64,000 bases of DNA from a bacterium (GCA_963655255.1 CAVKEB010000007.1:13026-77025), one strand, 5' to 3'. Counted from the first letter of the stretch, positions 19,133-29,994 are shown. Translations and numbers: made by a program. The notes: a model not told the origin generated them from the sequence alone.

Positions 19133-21181
19133 TTATCTATTGCCGAGAAGATCCGCCAGCTCTCTGGTTCTGGCGTAGACAGGAATCACATCAAGCGGTG
19201 CTTTGACCGCCGCGCGTCCTCCACCAGCCACTTCACTGCCGTCTTCTACTGCAAACCAGTTTCCCTCCGGGAACCACACTTCTCTCTCCTGCGTTCCCTG
19301 TTCCGTTACCGGCGCGACCAGAAGCTCGTTTCCGAACATGTACTGATCCTCCGCCTCGTACGCTTCGCGCCGGTCCGGATAGACATAGAACATCGGCCGG
19401 ATCAGGGGCGTTCCCTTTTCATGCGCCTCTGTCATAAGCTCCGCTACATACGGCCGCATTCTTTCTCTCATCAGAAGATATTTCTTCAGAATTTCATAGA
19501 CATCCTCGCCGTAGGACCAGAGCTCATTCGGTGAGCCCGATGTGTACTTCCACGCCTTCGCATTCCCAGCCACGAACGACTTTCCTTCCACCGCGCTGAC
19601 CTTCGGCTCCCGGAATCCATGCATCCGCAGGACCGGACAAAACGCCGCGAACTCGAACCACCGCACGAGACATTCCCGAAAAACAGGATCCGCTGCGTTT
19701 CCTCCGTGGAACCCGCCGATATCCGTTGTCCACCACGGCATCCCGGCGATGCTCATGCTCTGCGCCGCGTAAATCTGTGTTTTCAGAATCTCGAAATTGG
19801 ATGCCACATCCCCGGTCCATACGAGAGCGCCGTACCGTTGGGATCCGGCCCAGGCACAGCGGCAAAGACTTACAATGTCCGTCTCTCCCTCGCGCTTTCT
19901 TCCCTCATACACCATTCTCGCGAATTCTCTCGGATAGATATTGCCGCTCTCCAGATCGCTGCCCGCATAGAAACGGTAATTCCGATAGGTATATCCGGAG
20001 ACCTCCGGCTCACATTCATCCAGCCAGAAAAGATGAATGCCCTTGTCATAGTAATCGCGCTTCAGATGATCCCAGACATAGTCCCGTGCCGCCGGATTGG
20101 TCGCATCGAAATAAGTGTCCTTATTCTTGATGCCCAGCCTCGGCCCGTATTCCGTTCGCAGCAGATATCCTTTTTCTTCCAGCTCGCGGTAATTCTCACT
20201 TTCCTCTTCGACCGTCGGCCACACCGAAATCATGACCTCGATCCCCATCTCCCGCAGTTCTTTTACCATCTGCTCCGGATCCGGCCAGAGTTCCGGGTCG
20301 AATTTCCAGTCCCCCTGTGCCGTCCAATGGAAGAAGTCAATGACAATGACGCTGAGCGGAAGATTTCTTCTCTTGTATTCCCGGGCAACCTCCAGAACCT
20401 CCTTCTGGGTGCGGTAACGAAGCTTGCTCTGCCAAAGCCCGGTCCCATATGACGGCATCTGCGGAACATGTCCGGCTGCGTCCGCAAAGTGCTCTTCAAT
20501 TTCTTCCGGACTGTCCCCCGCCGTGATCCAGTAATCCAGCTGCTTCGTCGACTCTGCCCGCCACTCCGTCATGTTGCGCCCGAACGAAGCGTATCCGATC
20601 GCCGGATTGTTCCACAAAAAGCCATAGCCTTCCGAAGAAATCAGAAACGGCACACTGACCTGCGAATTTCTCTGCGCGAGCTCCAGCTTGCAGCCCTTCA
20701 GATTCAAAAACGGCAGGCCATACTGCCCCATGCCATAGAACCTTTCGCCTTCCTTTGCCACAAAATGCGCCGTCAGCATGTAATCATTCGTCCCGAGGTG
20801 CGGCTCATACTGCCTGGACGGAATTTCCAAAGCGCTGTCCGGATCCTGTTCATAATTTCTCCGGCGAAAGCGGTTTTTATCGTATTCTTCCAGTAAAACC
20901 TTCCCGTCCGCTTTTCGGAAAATCAGCCTTCCCGTAGAACAGATCTCGCAGATCAGTTTCCCATTCCGGATGGTCCCCCGGTCATTTTCCTCATCAATTT
21001 CGATTTCGGCCTTCTGCCTGTCCACAGGAAGCAGCGCGGACAGACTTGCCTCTTCCCCGTCCTCACGAAAACGGTTGTTCTGCGTTGCCCGGATGCGAAA
21101 GCTGTCTGCCCCCCACGGCTCTATCCGAAGCAGTTCCTTGTCAAAGCGCCTGCAAAGTGCCTGTTCCTCTCTCCAAATCAT
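19133..21181 (-). CDS. GH31 alpha-glycosidase (alpha-xylosidase/glucosidase-like)
   Basis: VIDFFHW, WLDECEP nucleophile motif, WTGD, DIGGF; GGAGG SD before ATG 21181. Confidence 0.92.
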   Translation of the reverse strand: MIWREEQALCRRFDKELLRIEPWGADSFRIRATQNNRFREDGEEASLSALLPVDRQKAEIEIDEENDRGTIRNGKLICEICSTGRLIFRKADGKVLLEEYDKNRFRRRNYEQDPDSALEIPSRQYEPHLGTNDYMLTAHFVAKEGERFYGMGQYGLPFLNLKGCKLELAQRNSQVSVPFLISSEGYGFLWNNPAIGYASFGRNMTEWRAESTKQLDYWITAGDSPEEIEEHFADAAGHVPQMPSYGTGLWQSKLRYRTQKEVLEVAREYKRRNLPLSVIVIDFFHWTAQGDWKFDPELWPDPEQMVKELREMGIEVMISVWPTVEEESENYRELEEKGYLLRTEYGPRLGIKNKDTYFDATNPAARDYVWDHLKRDYYDKGIHLFWLDECEPEVSGYTYRNYRFYAGSDLESGNIYPREFARMVYEGRKREGETDIVSLCRCAWAGSQRYGALVWTGDVASNFEILKTQIYAAQSMSIAGMPWWTTDIGGFHGGNAADPVFRECLVRWFEFAAFCPVLRMHGFREPKVSAVEGKSFVAGNAKAWKYTSGSPNELWSYGEDVYEILKKYLLMRERMRPYVAELMTEAHEKGTPLIRPMFYVYPDRREAYEAEDQYMFGNELLVAPVTEQGTQEREVWFPEGNWFAVEDGSEVAGGGRAAVKAPLDVIPVYARTRELADLLGNR

Positions 21182-21261
21182 TGCTGCCCTCCGCATATTT
21201 TTTCTTCTGAACTGGATTTCATGATAATTTTCATCGTCATCATATTCAATATTGTTTCGTT

Positions 21262-21305
21262 TTAACACGTGTAAATTCATCGCTTTGCATAGTTACACGT
21301 GTTAA
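21262..21305. promoter_or_regulatory. Pair of palindromic LacI-type operators
   Basis: TTAACACGTGTAAA (21262-21275) and GTTACACGTGTTAA (21292-21305) with central CG, between GH31 and the divergent LacI gene. Confidence 0.65.
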
Positions 21306-21598
21306 CTTTTGTTCACAAAACCATAGCCTCGCGTTATACTGTATTTATTTCATCCGACCATGGATTTCATTTAAACCTGATGCTTATTTACAACTGCCGG
21401 CCCCATCGTGCCCGGCCCGCAGGGAGCCATCCACATCAGGATTTGCTATATGTCCATGGCCGTAAAAGATACCATCCGGTATCTTCGAGTGTCAGGGACT
21501 CTGACCGACAACGTTAAGGATTCCCGCTGGGATATTCGAAATGTGTTGAACCGTTACCTCGAAAATAGTAAAGATTTGATTCAGAAGGGAGCTGACTT

Positions 21599-22660
21599 AT
21601 GTCTGGCGAAAGCTATCGGCGCATGACACTGGAGGAGATTGCAGAGAAAATTCATGTCTCCCGGACAACGATCTATAACGTTGTAAACAACAAAGGCTCC
21701 GTCAGTCAGAAAACACGCCGGATCGTTCTGGATGCTCTGAAGGAATGTCACTACATTCCCAATCAAAACGCCAGAGACCTTGCCATGAACAAGCGGATTC
21801 CCATTGCCCTCCTCGATTACGATTCCCTGAATGCCACTTATTTCCGGCCCGCGATTACCAAGGGTGTGGAACAGGCTCTGGAGAAATACGGCGACAACGG
21901 AATGGAAGTCAAGGTCTACACGGCCAACCAGAATGTCCCGGAGGAGCAGAGGGATTTCCTTCATATTGCAAGACAGCAGGGCATCCGGAATTTCGTCATT
22001 GTCGCCGCCAATCCCGGTGAGATGAAGGAAGAAGCGAGAAACCTCCGCGCAGAGGGATGTCACGTGGTCATGCTGAGCAAACCTGTCCCGGGCAATGACT
22101 ACGACGCCTTCATCGGCATTGACGATTACAAGACCGGAACCATCGCCGGTGAACTCATGGGAAAAATGCTGCCGGAGCACGGGACCGTTCAGATTCTGAT
22201 GGGAAAGCGCTCTTATTCCAGCACTGATTCTCTCATCGCGCGCTGCAACGGCTTTTCGGATGTACTGAAAAGCGATTTCCGGAATCTTACTCTGCTTCAT
22301 CCCATTGAAGAGCTGAACACCCGGAATGACATTTACCTGGCTCTGGACCGTATTCTTGACTTTACCGAGATCAAGGGAATTTTCGATCTGACCTATCACC
22401 CGGACATCGTGGCGTCCTATATTCGCGAAAACTGCTCAAAGCGTCCCCGGTTGATCTGCATGGACCTTTTCCCGGAGCTCATTCCCTATGTTTCCGACGG
22501 AACCGTGGATGCCGTTATTTTTCAGGATATTGCAAAGCAAGCCGAAACAGCATGTGAAATGCTGTTCCGGCTTGCATGCTACGGCGAGGAAATTCTCTCC
22601 GGGAATCACGATTCCAAACTGTCTATTGTGATTAAAAGCAATCTGTCATGCTTCCGCTGA
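21599..22660 (+). CDS. LacI-family transcriptional regulator
   Basis: TLEEIAEKIHVSRTTIYNVVN HTH, YIPNQNARDL hinge, periplasmic-binding-protein-like sugar domain. Confidence 0.88.
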   Translation: MSGESYRRMTLEEIAEKIHVSRTTIYNVVNNKGSVSQKTRRIVLDALKECHYIPNQNARDLAMNKRIPIALLDYDSLNATYFRPAITKGVEQALEKYGDNGMEVKVYTANQNVPEEQRDFLHIARQQGIRNFVIVAANPGEMKEEARNLRAEGCHVVMLSKPVPGNDYDAFIGIDDYKTGTIAGELMGKMLPEHGTVQILMGKRSYSSTDSLIARCNGFSDVLKSDFRNLTLLHPIEELNTRNDIYLALDRILDFTEIKGIFDLTYHPDIVASYIRENCSKRPRLICMDLFPELIPYVSDGTVDAVIFQDIAKQAETACEMLFRLACYGEEILSGNHDSKLSIVIKSNLSCFR

Positions 22661-24625
22661 GCCGGAGGTTTCCACATTCAGGCTGGCATCCATCATCCAG
22701 ACCTGCATCTCACCTTTTCCGCGGTTGTTCCAGCTGCAGTACGGGATTGCACGCAGTCTTGTTTCCCGGTAAACCGGCTTCTCCGGGCTGTACAGCCGGT
22801 CCGATGCCTTACTGTAATCAATCCGTTCTCCGCTGACTTCTGCACAGAGTGTTCCGCCCAGAAGGTTGGAGTCGCGACTCTCATGGATCGGCTGATCTGT
22901 TCTTATCCGGCATCCTGCCAGATACGGGCCATTATCCGCCTCCTCAAAGCAATACACCATCGGCCCACGCATAATGCAAACCTTGCCGATGTCGTCCCGC
23001 ACCTTCGGATTGCAATAAACAAAACGAAATTGAACATCTAATATAAGCTGAATAACATCTCTCGCCGCCCATACTCGTGTGAGATATAAATATCCTTTTG
23101 AAACATTACAGCTTATTTTTTCTCCATTTATTAAAACTTCCCAGTGATTTCCTATATATCCGGGAATTCGAAGAGCAATGGTCTGTTCCGTCCCGGCCGC
23201 TTCCTGCACTTGCAGCTGAATCTTACCAGACTCTGGATAGTTTGCCTGAACAGAAAGCTTCAGATCACCGTGCTCCAAGGATGCATCAATATCGCTGGAT
23301 ATATATAAATTTACAAAACAAGTATCACCCTCTACATCGAACATGTAATTTCCCATTGAAGCCAATGTTCGCGTAATATTCGGCGGACAGCAGGCTACAC
23401 CAAACCACAGTTGCCGTTCAGTTTTCACATGTCGCATCGTCGGATTGTTCTCCGCTACTTCCGGTACCACCTCCAGCGGATTTACATAAAAGAAATGTTT
23501 GCCGTCCAGTGCAATTCCGGCAAGGAGCGTATTGTACAGTGCCCGTTCCACCGTATCCATATACTTTCCATCCCGTGTATTCTGGAACATTCGGTTTGAA
23601 AACATCGCAAGGCCAATCGTTGCACAGGATTCAGAATAATTCGTATTGTTCGGAAGATCATAATCAATGGTGAAACGTTCGCCATACGCCGCAGATCCAA
23701 TGCTTCCTGTTACATACATCTGCCGATTCACAATGTCCTTCCACAGCGTCTCGCACTGTGCCAGAAGCGCGGCATCCTGTTTCTCCCAGGCAAGATCAGC
23801 CATCGCACTATACAGATATACCGCGCGAACAGCATGTCCTTCCGCTACCTTCTGATCTTTCAGTGGTTTGTCTGCCTGGCAATAATCAAACGGGAAATCC
23901 TTAAATTCCGGGAAAATAAATGTTCCGTTTCGATAATTTTCTTCTGATTCAAAATAACACGGCTGCTTTCCCCTGTTCTGTATAAAATAGTCCGCAAGCG
24001 CCAGATAGTTTTCTTTTCCAGTCAGGCGGTACAGACGGATCAGCGCAAGCTCGACTTCCGGATGTCCGGGATATCCGTGCATTTTATCCTCTTCTGGTCC
24101 AAATACTTCACAAAGATTGTCCGCCATGCGGCAAACAACATCCAGAATCTTCCGCTTTCCTGTAGCCTCATAGTAAGCCACCGCTGCTTCGATCAGATGC
24201 CCGGCCGTATATAACTCGTGTCCTTCGAACAGGTCACTCCAGCGCTTTTTCCCGCTAATTGTATAGTAAGTATTCAGATAGCCATCTTCACACTGTGCTC
24301 CCGCAATTAAATCTATCGCCTCATCCGCAATTTTTTCCAGCTGCGGATTCGGTTTCTTCGCAAGCGAATAGGCCACCGCCTCCAGCCACTTGGCGACATC
24401 CGTATCCTGAAACACCATTCCCTGATGTTCGCCCTTTTTCAATCCGCAGGCAACACGGAAATTATGCATGCAATAGCTCTTCTCCGCCCCGGGAACCCGA
24501 TCATTGATCAGTTCCCACTCAAAGGGAAGAATCACATCTTCCACCAGGTTGATATATCTGTCCCAAAATATGTCATGAATCCGTATATTTTTAAGTGCAA
24601 TATTCCGGAGTCTCTTTTCCTTCAT
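22646..24625 (-). CDS. GH127 beta-L-arabinofuranosidase-like glycoside hydrolase
   Basis: DTDVAKWLEA, HELYTAGHLIEAAVA, GHAVRAVY, YSESCA, ACCPPN motifs. Confidence 0.92.
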   Translation of the reverse strand: MKEKRLRNIALKNIRIHDIFWDRYINLVEDVILPFEWELINDRVPGAEKSYCMHNFRVACGLKKGEHQGMVFQDTDVAKWLEAVAYSLAKKPNPQLEKIADEAIDLIAGAQCEDGYLNTYYTISGKKRWSDLFEGHELYTAGHLIEAAVAYYEATGKRKILDVVCRMADNLCEVFGPEEDKMHGYPGHPEVELALIRLYRLTGKENYLALADYFIQNRGKQPCYFESEENYRNGTFIFPEFKDFPFDYCQADKPLKDQKVAEGHAVRAVYLYSAMADLAWEKQDAALLAQCETLWKDIVNRQMYVTGSIGSAAYGERFTIDYDLPNNTNYSESCATIGLAMFSNRMFQNTRDGKYMDTVERALYNTLLAGIALDGKHFFYVNPLEVVPEVAENNPTMRHVKTERQLWFGVACCPPNITRTLASMGNYMFDVEGDTCFVNLYISSDIDASLEHGDLKLSVQANYPESGKIQLQVQEAAGTEQTIALRIPGYIGNHWEVLINGEKISCNVSKGYLYLTRVWAARDVIQLILDVQFRFVYCNPKVRDDIGKVCIMRGPMVYCFEEADNGPYLAGCRIRTDQPIHESRDSNLLGGTLCAEVSGERIDYSKASDRLYSPEKPVYRETRLRAIPYCSWNNRGKGEMQVWMMDASLNVETSGSAEA

Positions 24626-24692
24626 AGCTTATATTCCTTCCAACAGCTAGAATCCAATACACGTAAACATCATTTGATAATATTTATAACTG

Positions 24693-25796
24693 TTACAAAC
24701 CTTTTCTTGTTTCACCTTGTATATCAGCAACGGAATTTCCCTCTATAATTTTGCAGGAATAAGTTACATTTAATGCTTCGCTCTCTTCGCCTTGAATTCT
24801 TTGAATTAAAAGATCCAGAGCACGATATCCCATTTGATGAAGCGGTCTCTCTACCGTGGTCAGTGGCGGAACAAGATGTTGTGCAAAATCTGCATTATCA
24901 AATCCCGTCACCGATAAATCTTCTGGAATTCTTAATCCAAGTTCAGCCGCAGCTGTATAAACACCTACTGCCATTTCATCATTCATACATACAATAACAG
25001 ATGGCCGAAGTTCTTCTGGAAGAAGATCTTTTTGAGTTCCAGCATCGTTTCCTGTTAATAGACGTATCGCTGCATTTCTTCCTCCCTGAAAGTTCCAATT
25101 TCCCTGCTCATTCCAGTTATTTGGAAGATCAATTTCTGCATCCCGCAGGGCCTTACAGAATCCCTGAAAGCGTAGCTGCGCAGGTTCTGATCCTTTCGCG
25201 CCATTTATAACTGCTATTCGTTTATGGCCACGGCTCACAATCTCTCGTGTCAGCAAATTTACAACTTTCTCATTGTCATATCGAATCGAGGCTTCTTTTT
25301 CGTCCTCTGTATAGCAGTAACAATATACGACTGGTTTATCTGATCCCGCCAAAACATTTTCCATACGGCGATCATGCATTCCGATATATATGATCCCATC
25401 TACTTGCAGTGACAATAATGTTTCCATCGAACGTTGAATACTGTCACGATATTCTTCAATTTCATCAAAATGAGAACTGATTTTGCTCTGCAGTCTCAGA
25501 TTTCCCAAAATCGTATTATAATTTTTTTCTTCGGCATATCGATTGATTCCGTCGATAATAAACGCAGTGTGCGGGACAGTAATATCCTCTACAAGAATTC
25601 CGATCAGTCCGCTCCGACTTTTACGTAAACTCCCTGCAAGCATATTAGAGCGATATCCTTTTTCTTTAATTACCTTCCGGACTCGGTCTTTTGTTTTGCT
25701 GCTGATTCTGGAAGAATCACTCATTACAAGAGAAACTGTTGCAGTCGATACTCCAGCCTCTTCCGCAATCTCTTTAAGTGTCATACTGTCCCCCAT
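24693..25796 (-). CDS. LacI-family transcriptional regulator
   Basis: TLKEIAEEAGVSTATVS HTH; IPEDLSVTGFDN; PPLTTV. Confidence 0.93.
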   Translation of the reverse strand: MGDSMTLKEIAEEAGVSTATVSLVMSDSSRISSKTKDRVRKVIKEKGYRSNMLAGSLRKSRSGLIGILVEDITVPHTAFIIDGINRYAEEKNYNTILGNLRLQSKISSHFDEIEEYRDSIQRSMETLLSLQVDGIIYIGMHDRRMENVLAGSDKPVVYCYCYTEDEKEASIRYDNEKVVNLLTREIVSRGHKRIAVINGAKGSEPAQLRFQGFCKALRDAEIDLPNNWNEQGNWNFQGGRNAAIRLLTGNDAGTQKDLLPEELRPSVIVCMNDEMAVGVYTAAAELGLRIPEDLSVTGFDNADFAQHLVPPLTTVERPLHQMGYRALDLLIQRIQGEESEALNVTYSCKIIEGNSVADIQGETRKGL

Positions 25797-25800
25797 TCCT

Positions 25801-26646
25801 TTACTTCAAACCGGACGTCTTAATTCCTCCTGTCAGATATTTTCCCGCAACCAGATACAATACCATTGGCGGTATGATCATCAGTGAGGATGCTGCCATG
25901 ATTGACGGCCAGTTAATAACAAATGCGTTACCTGAAGTATACATGTAAGAGGTCATCAACGCTATTGTCAAAGTCCGCCATTTATCTGAATTGATGTAAA
26001 ATACTGGCTGCGTCAACTCATTCCACCAGAAAACTGCAGATAATACTCCGATGGTTACAAAAGTAGGCTTGGATATCGGCACGATAATTTTTGAGAACAC
26101 CTGAAAACGAGAGCATCCGTCGATGATTGCGGCCTCATCTAATTCCTTTGGAATGGATCGGAAATACTGCCGCAGAAGGAAAATATTGTACGGATACGCA
26201 AAAAAAGCAGGAACTATCATCGGGAGCAGTGAATCCAACCAGCCTATTTTTCCAAACATGATGTACTGTGGAATAATCAGTGCAATATTTGGTATCATCA
26301 TCGTTGCCACGATGATTGAAAAAATAACATTTTTAAGTTTGAAATCCATTCGGGCTAGGGCATAAGCCACCAGGGAGGATGACAATAAAGTGCCTGTTGT
26401 ATTTCCTATAATCAGCAGTACAGTATTTCTTGTATAGAGCCATATGTTCGATTGTGTAAAAATATAAATATAATTCTCTAATGTGCTCTTTTTGGGAATA
26501 ATATTAGCCGATGTTGTAAATTCAGTTATCGTCTTGAATCCACCAGAAAAGATCCAGATGATTGGACTGAACATAACAATCGCAACCACAACCATTATCA
26601 GATACAAGAGAATTCGTGTAATGATTCTTTTCTTTGATACGGCCAT
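25801..26646 (-). CDS. Carbohydrate ABC transporter permease
   Basis: ELDEAAIIDG EAA motif; about 6 TMs. Confidence 0.92.
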   Translation of the reverse strand: MAVSKKRIITRILLYLIMVVVAIVMFSPIIWIFSGGFKTITEFTTSANIIPKKSTLENYIYIFTQSNIWLYTRNTVLLIIGNTTGTLLSSSLVAYALARMDFKLKNVIFSIIVATMMIPNIALIIPQYIMFGKIGWLDSLLPMIVPAFFAYPYNIFLLRQYFRSIPKELDEAAIIDGCSRFQVFSKIIVPISKPTFVTIGVLSAVFWWNELTQPVFYINSDKWRTLTIALMTSYMYTSGNAFVINWPSIMAASSLMIIPPMVLYLVAGKYLTGGIKTSGLK

Positions 26647-26661
26647 TTTGACTCCTTTCCA

Positions 26662-27558
26662 TCAGGTTTCGTAATATACGGTCTTCTTTGAAATAGCAAA
26701 AATGACGATTCCAAACAGAGCAGCTATTACGAACAATACCACTGACAATGCGCAGGCGTATCCTACCTTCATATTGCTAAATGCTTCCTTGTAAATCAGA
26801 AGGCTGAGTACCTGAGTCATCCCATTCGGGTCTCCATTCTCTCCGGATAAAGGATACAGAAGGGCAAATGATCCGTTCAATGCGCTAATTGCGCCGTTAA
26901 CAACATTAAAAAGGACCAACGGAGAAATCATCGGCATCGTAATATGCCAGAACTTAACCCATGCGTTTGCACCATCCAGTCTTGCCGCCTCATAGAGTTC
27001 CTGTGGAACATCCGACAATCCAGATCTGAAAATAAGCATCATCTGCCCAGTGTTATACGTGAACAATGTCACAAAGAATACCGCAATGTAAACTGTCCCA
27101 GGATTCATCAGCCAGTTGATTACTACATTTTTTCCGCTGATTCCACTTAAAAGCGCATTTAAAAGTCCGCTATCTTTTCCAAAAATTGTACGGAAGGCAT
27201 ATGCCAATGCAACCGTCGGAACAACAGAGGGAAGGAAATAGCAAAATTGAAAAATTCCTCTCAATTTCACTTTCTGATTCAAAAGTAGTGCCAGAATCAC
27301 CGCCCACACTGCTGTGATAATGACCATAACAATAGTAAAGAAAAGGGTTACTTTCAAAGAATTCAGAAATACATCACTCTTAAACATATTTCTGTAATTC
27401 GCAAGTCCAACAAAATTTCCAGTACCGGTTAATTTTCTGTTGGTCAGCGAATTCTTCACCATGAATCCAATAGGAAATAATGTGAAGCAGACAAATCCAA
27501 TAAACCAGGGAAGACAAAACAAATAAGCAATAGATGGCTTTTTTTTGGTTTGGTTCAT
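26662..27558 (-). CDS. Carbohydrate ABC transporter permease
   Basis: FVGLANY; ELYEAARLDGA EAA motif. Confidence 0.92.
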   Translation of the reverse strand: MNQTKKKPSIAYLFCLPWFIGFVCFTLFPIGFMVKNSLTNRKLTGTGNFVGLANYRNMFKSDVFLNSLKVTLFFTIVMVIITAVWAVILALLLNQKVKLRGIFQFCYFLPSVVPTVALAYAFRTIFGKDSGLLNALLSGISGKNVVINWLMNPGTVYIAVFFVTLFTYNTGQMMLIFRSGLSDVPQELYEAARLDGANAWVKFWHITMPMISPLVLFNVVNGAISALNGSFALLYPLSGENGDPNGMTQVLSLLIYKEAFSNMKVGYACALSVVLFVIAALFGIVIFAISKKTVYYET

Positions 27559-27584
27559 TTTAATACCTCGTGCTTTTCTATAAA

Positions 27585-27623
27585 ATAAGCGGGACCTTCC
27601 TCGTCGTGGAAGAGACCCGCTTA
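27585..27623 (-). terminator. Intergenic stem-loop between the SBP and permease genes (mRNA stabiliser or attenuator)
   Basis: ATAAGCGGG...CCCGCTTAT inverted repeat. Confidence 0.55.
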
Positions 27624-27685
27624 TACTTATGATGTATTATCTGCCATCATCCGCAGGCTGGTTTATAGAAAACCAATATCTTTTT

Positions 27686-29002
27686 TCAATAGCCAATTGT
27701 CTCTGCAGCATACTGAGATGCCTTATCTACAGCATCTGCAGGTGTTTCCTGTCCAAGAAGTGCATTATTGAACTCAGAAACTGCATTGCTCGTTACACCG
27801 GACGGCAAGCATGTGTATCCGAATACGCCGGCCTGAAGAGAATCCGTAATCGCATCCCAATTCTCAATCGGTGTTCCTTCTACCTTCCATGCGCCTTCAT
27901 CTGCGATCGACTTAATTGCAGACATATTACCGGATGCCTTGGAATTGATCGTCTGGCCTTCCTCACCCATCAGGTACTCGATAACTTTAAATGCAGCATC
28001 CTGTTTCTTAGAATTTGCATTAATCGTATAGAAGCCAGTGTGAAGAGTATTGTACTTCACTTTGTTAGTAGGAATTGTAGCGACATCCCACTTGAAAGGA
28101 AGCGTATCCTTATAGGTTCCGATTACCCATGTGCCCTGCCAGCTCATAGCGGCCTTTCCCGCTCCGAAGAGATCCGCCGTATCCGAAGACGGCTCAGGCA
28201 TTACACCTTTCGAAACCAGCTCTGCGCAATCCGATACAAACGAAACTGCTCCATCTCCAATAACCATCTGTCCATTGGAAGGATCATATACCTGATCACC
28301 TGCTCCTCCGATTCCTGCCCACCAGGTCTGGAGATTCGGGAGGTCCATGCCATAAACAGCAGTTGTTCCGTCATCATTCTTCTGTGTCAGCTTCTCAGCC
28401 GCGGCCAGGAAATCGCTATAAGACCAGTCATTCGTAGGATAATCAATTCCTGCTGCATCAAACAGGTCCTTGTTATAGTACATAACCTCTGCTGCAGCAC
28501 ACCACGGAAGGCCATAGGTTCCGCCCAGGCCATCACTTAATTTAGTAACAGCATCGATCATGTCATCTGTCTTAATATCCGAATTTGCAAGGTAGTCATC
28601 CATATTAATAATTCCACCGGCCTCTGCAAAATTCTTGATATCATTCTCCCAGACCACATAAATATCAGTGGAAGAATCTCCTGTAGAAACCATCTGGTTT
28701 AACTTGGAGGAATAATCGCTTTCCGGAATGACCGTCACATCAATATGAATCCCGGTTGCTTTTTCACAAGCCTTATACATGTTCAGGCTGTCGTCAGAAT
28801 TAGGCTCATTCCAGACTGCCAGAGTAACGCTTTCGCCATCCGCGCTCTGATCCGATGTGGTGTCCGCTGCTTCCGATGTAGTTGCTGTAGAGGCTGCGGT
28901 ATCAGCAGTATTATCACTGCTCGTACTTGATCCGCATCCGGCAAGCATACCTACTGCCAAAATTCCCACAAGACCGATTGAAAAAAGCTTTTTCTTTTTC
29001 AT
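27686..29002 (-). CDS. Sugar ABC transporter substrate-binding lipoprotein
   Basis: MKKKK...LAGC lipobox, Ser/Thr linker, YYNKDLFDAAGI. Confidence 0.93.
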   Translation of the reverse strand: MKKKKLFSIGLVGILAVGMLAGCGSSTSSDNTADTAASTATTSEAADTTSDQSADGESVTLAVWNEPNSDDSLNMYKACEKATGIHIDVTVIPESDYSSKLNQMVSTGDSSTDIYVVWENDIKNFAEAGGIINMDDYLANSDIKTDDMIDAVTKLSDGLGGTYGLPWCAAAEVMYYNKDLFDAAGIDYPTNDWSYSDFLAAAEKLTQKNDDGTTAVYGMDLPNLQTWWAGIGGAGDQVYDPSNGQMVIGDGAVSFVSDCAELVSKGVMPEPSSDTADLFGAGKAAMSWQGTWVIGTYKDTLPFKWDVATIPTNKVKYNTLHTGFYTINANSKKQDAAFKVIEYLMGEEGQTINSKASGNMSAIKSIADEGAWKVEGTPIENWDAITDSLQAGVFGYTCLPSGVTSNAVSEFNNALLGQETPADAVDKASQYAAETIGY

Positions 29003-29098
29003 GTCATCCTCCTTAATTTATCGTTTAACTTTTGTTCTTTCATATACTTGCACTTTGTTTTACGTTTTGTCGTTTAATCGGTTAACCTTGTAATTGAT

Positions 29099-29127
29099 AC
29101 AATAGTACTCCTTTACCTATTTGTCAA
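29099..29127 (-). promoter_or_regulatory. Sigma-A promoter of the SBP-permease-LacI-GH127 operon
   Basis: TTGACA-17 nt-TATTGT on the minus strand; LacI-like palindrome TTAATCGGTTAA just downstream (about 29074-29085). Confidence 0.6.
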
Positions 29128-29304
29128 TATTGTCATATCCTCTATATTTCCCATTCATTTTTTGGGCACATTTCATATTCTTGAGTTTCAACTTCTGTAT
29201 CCAGGCAACAAAAAACAAGCCTCTGAGGCAGACGTGTTCTTCTCTTACACATCATTGCTTCAAAGGCCTGTTCCCACAGGATTATTCCATAACCGTAATT
29301 GTCT

Positions 29305-29994
29305 CTACCTATCCGTTTTCTCTGTCACCAGACATATTCTGCCTGGTATATTCTGCTGCATCACCCATGCAAAGGCTTTTGCCGTACGGAGTGCAGGATC
29401 TTTAAAATGATTGCCCTGATTCCATTCCAGAATGCAGTGAATTCCATGATGTTCCAGCCAGTCATATCCCTTCCGCATGCAGTCACCCACACAGGAAAGT
29501 GCCGGTTTTTTTGTTTTCTCTTCCCGATCTCCCAGACTCAGATATACCCTGGGACTGTAAATTTTGTGCCCTTCCATATATGGGAGAAAGCCGGGGAACC
29601 AGACCGATGGAGATGCCGCGGCAACGCCCTGAAACCGGTCTGTCTGATACGCCGCCCACAGGGAAAAGAGCCCGGCAAGGGAATACCCGCCGATGTAACA
29701 GGTTTTCTCCGGATCTGCACATAGTTTCAGAAGGTACTTCAGCGTGCCCTCCGCGCCCTCTCCAAAGGTTTCGTTTCCAAACACAGCAGGTGCCTTCCAT
29801 GGAGACAGATCCCGATTCCAGTTGTCCACGACCGCAGCCGTCAGACAGAATTTCATTCCTGTCCGTCTTCGGATTTCGGCAGCCTCCGCCTCCATATCTT
29901 TCACTTCTCCGGTTCCGATCGGCTGAATCAGAACAATGGGCGAGAACGGATCCCCATACTGAATCAATGTCATTTCATTCCACTCTGTAATCAT
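29305..29994 (-). CDS. Alpha/beta hydrolase (esterase)
   Basis: GYSLAG nucleophile elbow; SPSVW; GNHF. Confidence 0.85.
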   Translation of the reverse strand: MITEWNEMTLIQYGDPFSPIVLIQPIGTGEVKDMEAEAAEIRRRTGMKFCLTAAVVDNWNRDLSPWKAPAVFGNETFGEGAEGTLKYLLKLCADPEKTCYIGGYSLAGLFSLWAAYQTDRFQGVAAASPSVWFPGFLPYMEGHKIYSPRVYLSLGDREEKTKKPALSCVGDCMRKGYDWLEHHGIHCILEWNQGNHFKDPALRTAKAFAWVMQQNIPGRICLVTEKTDR

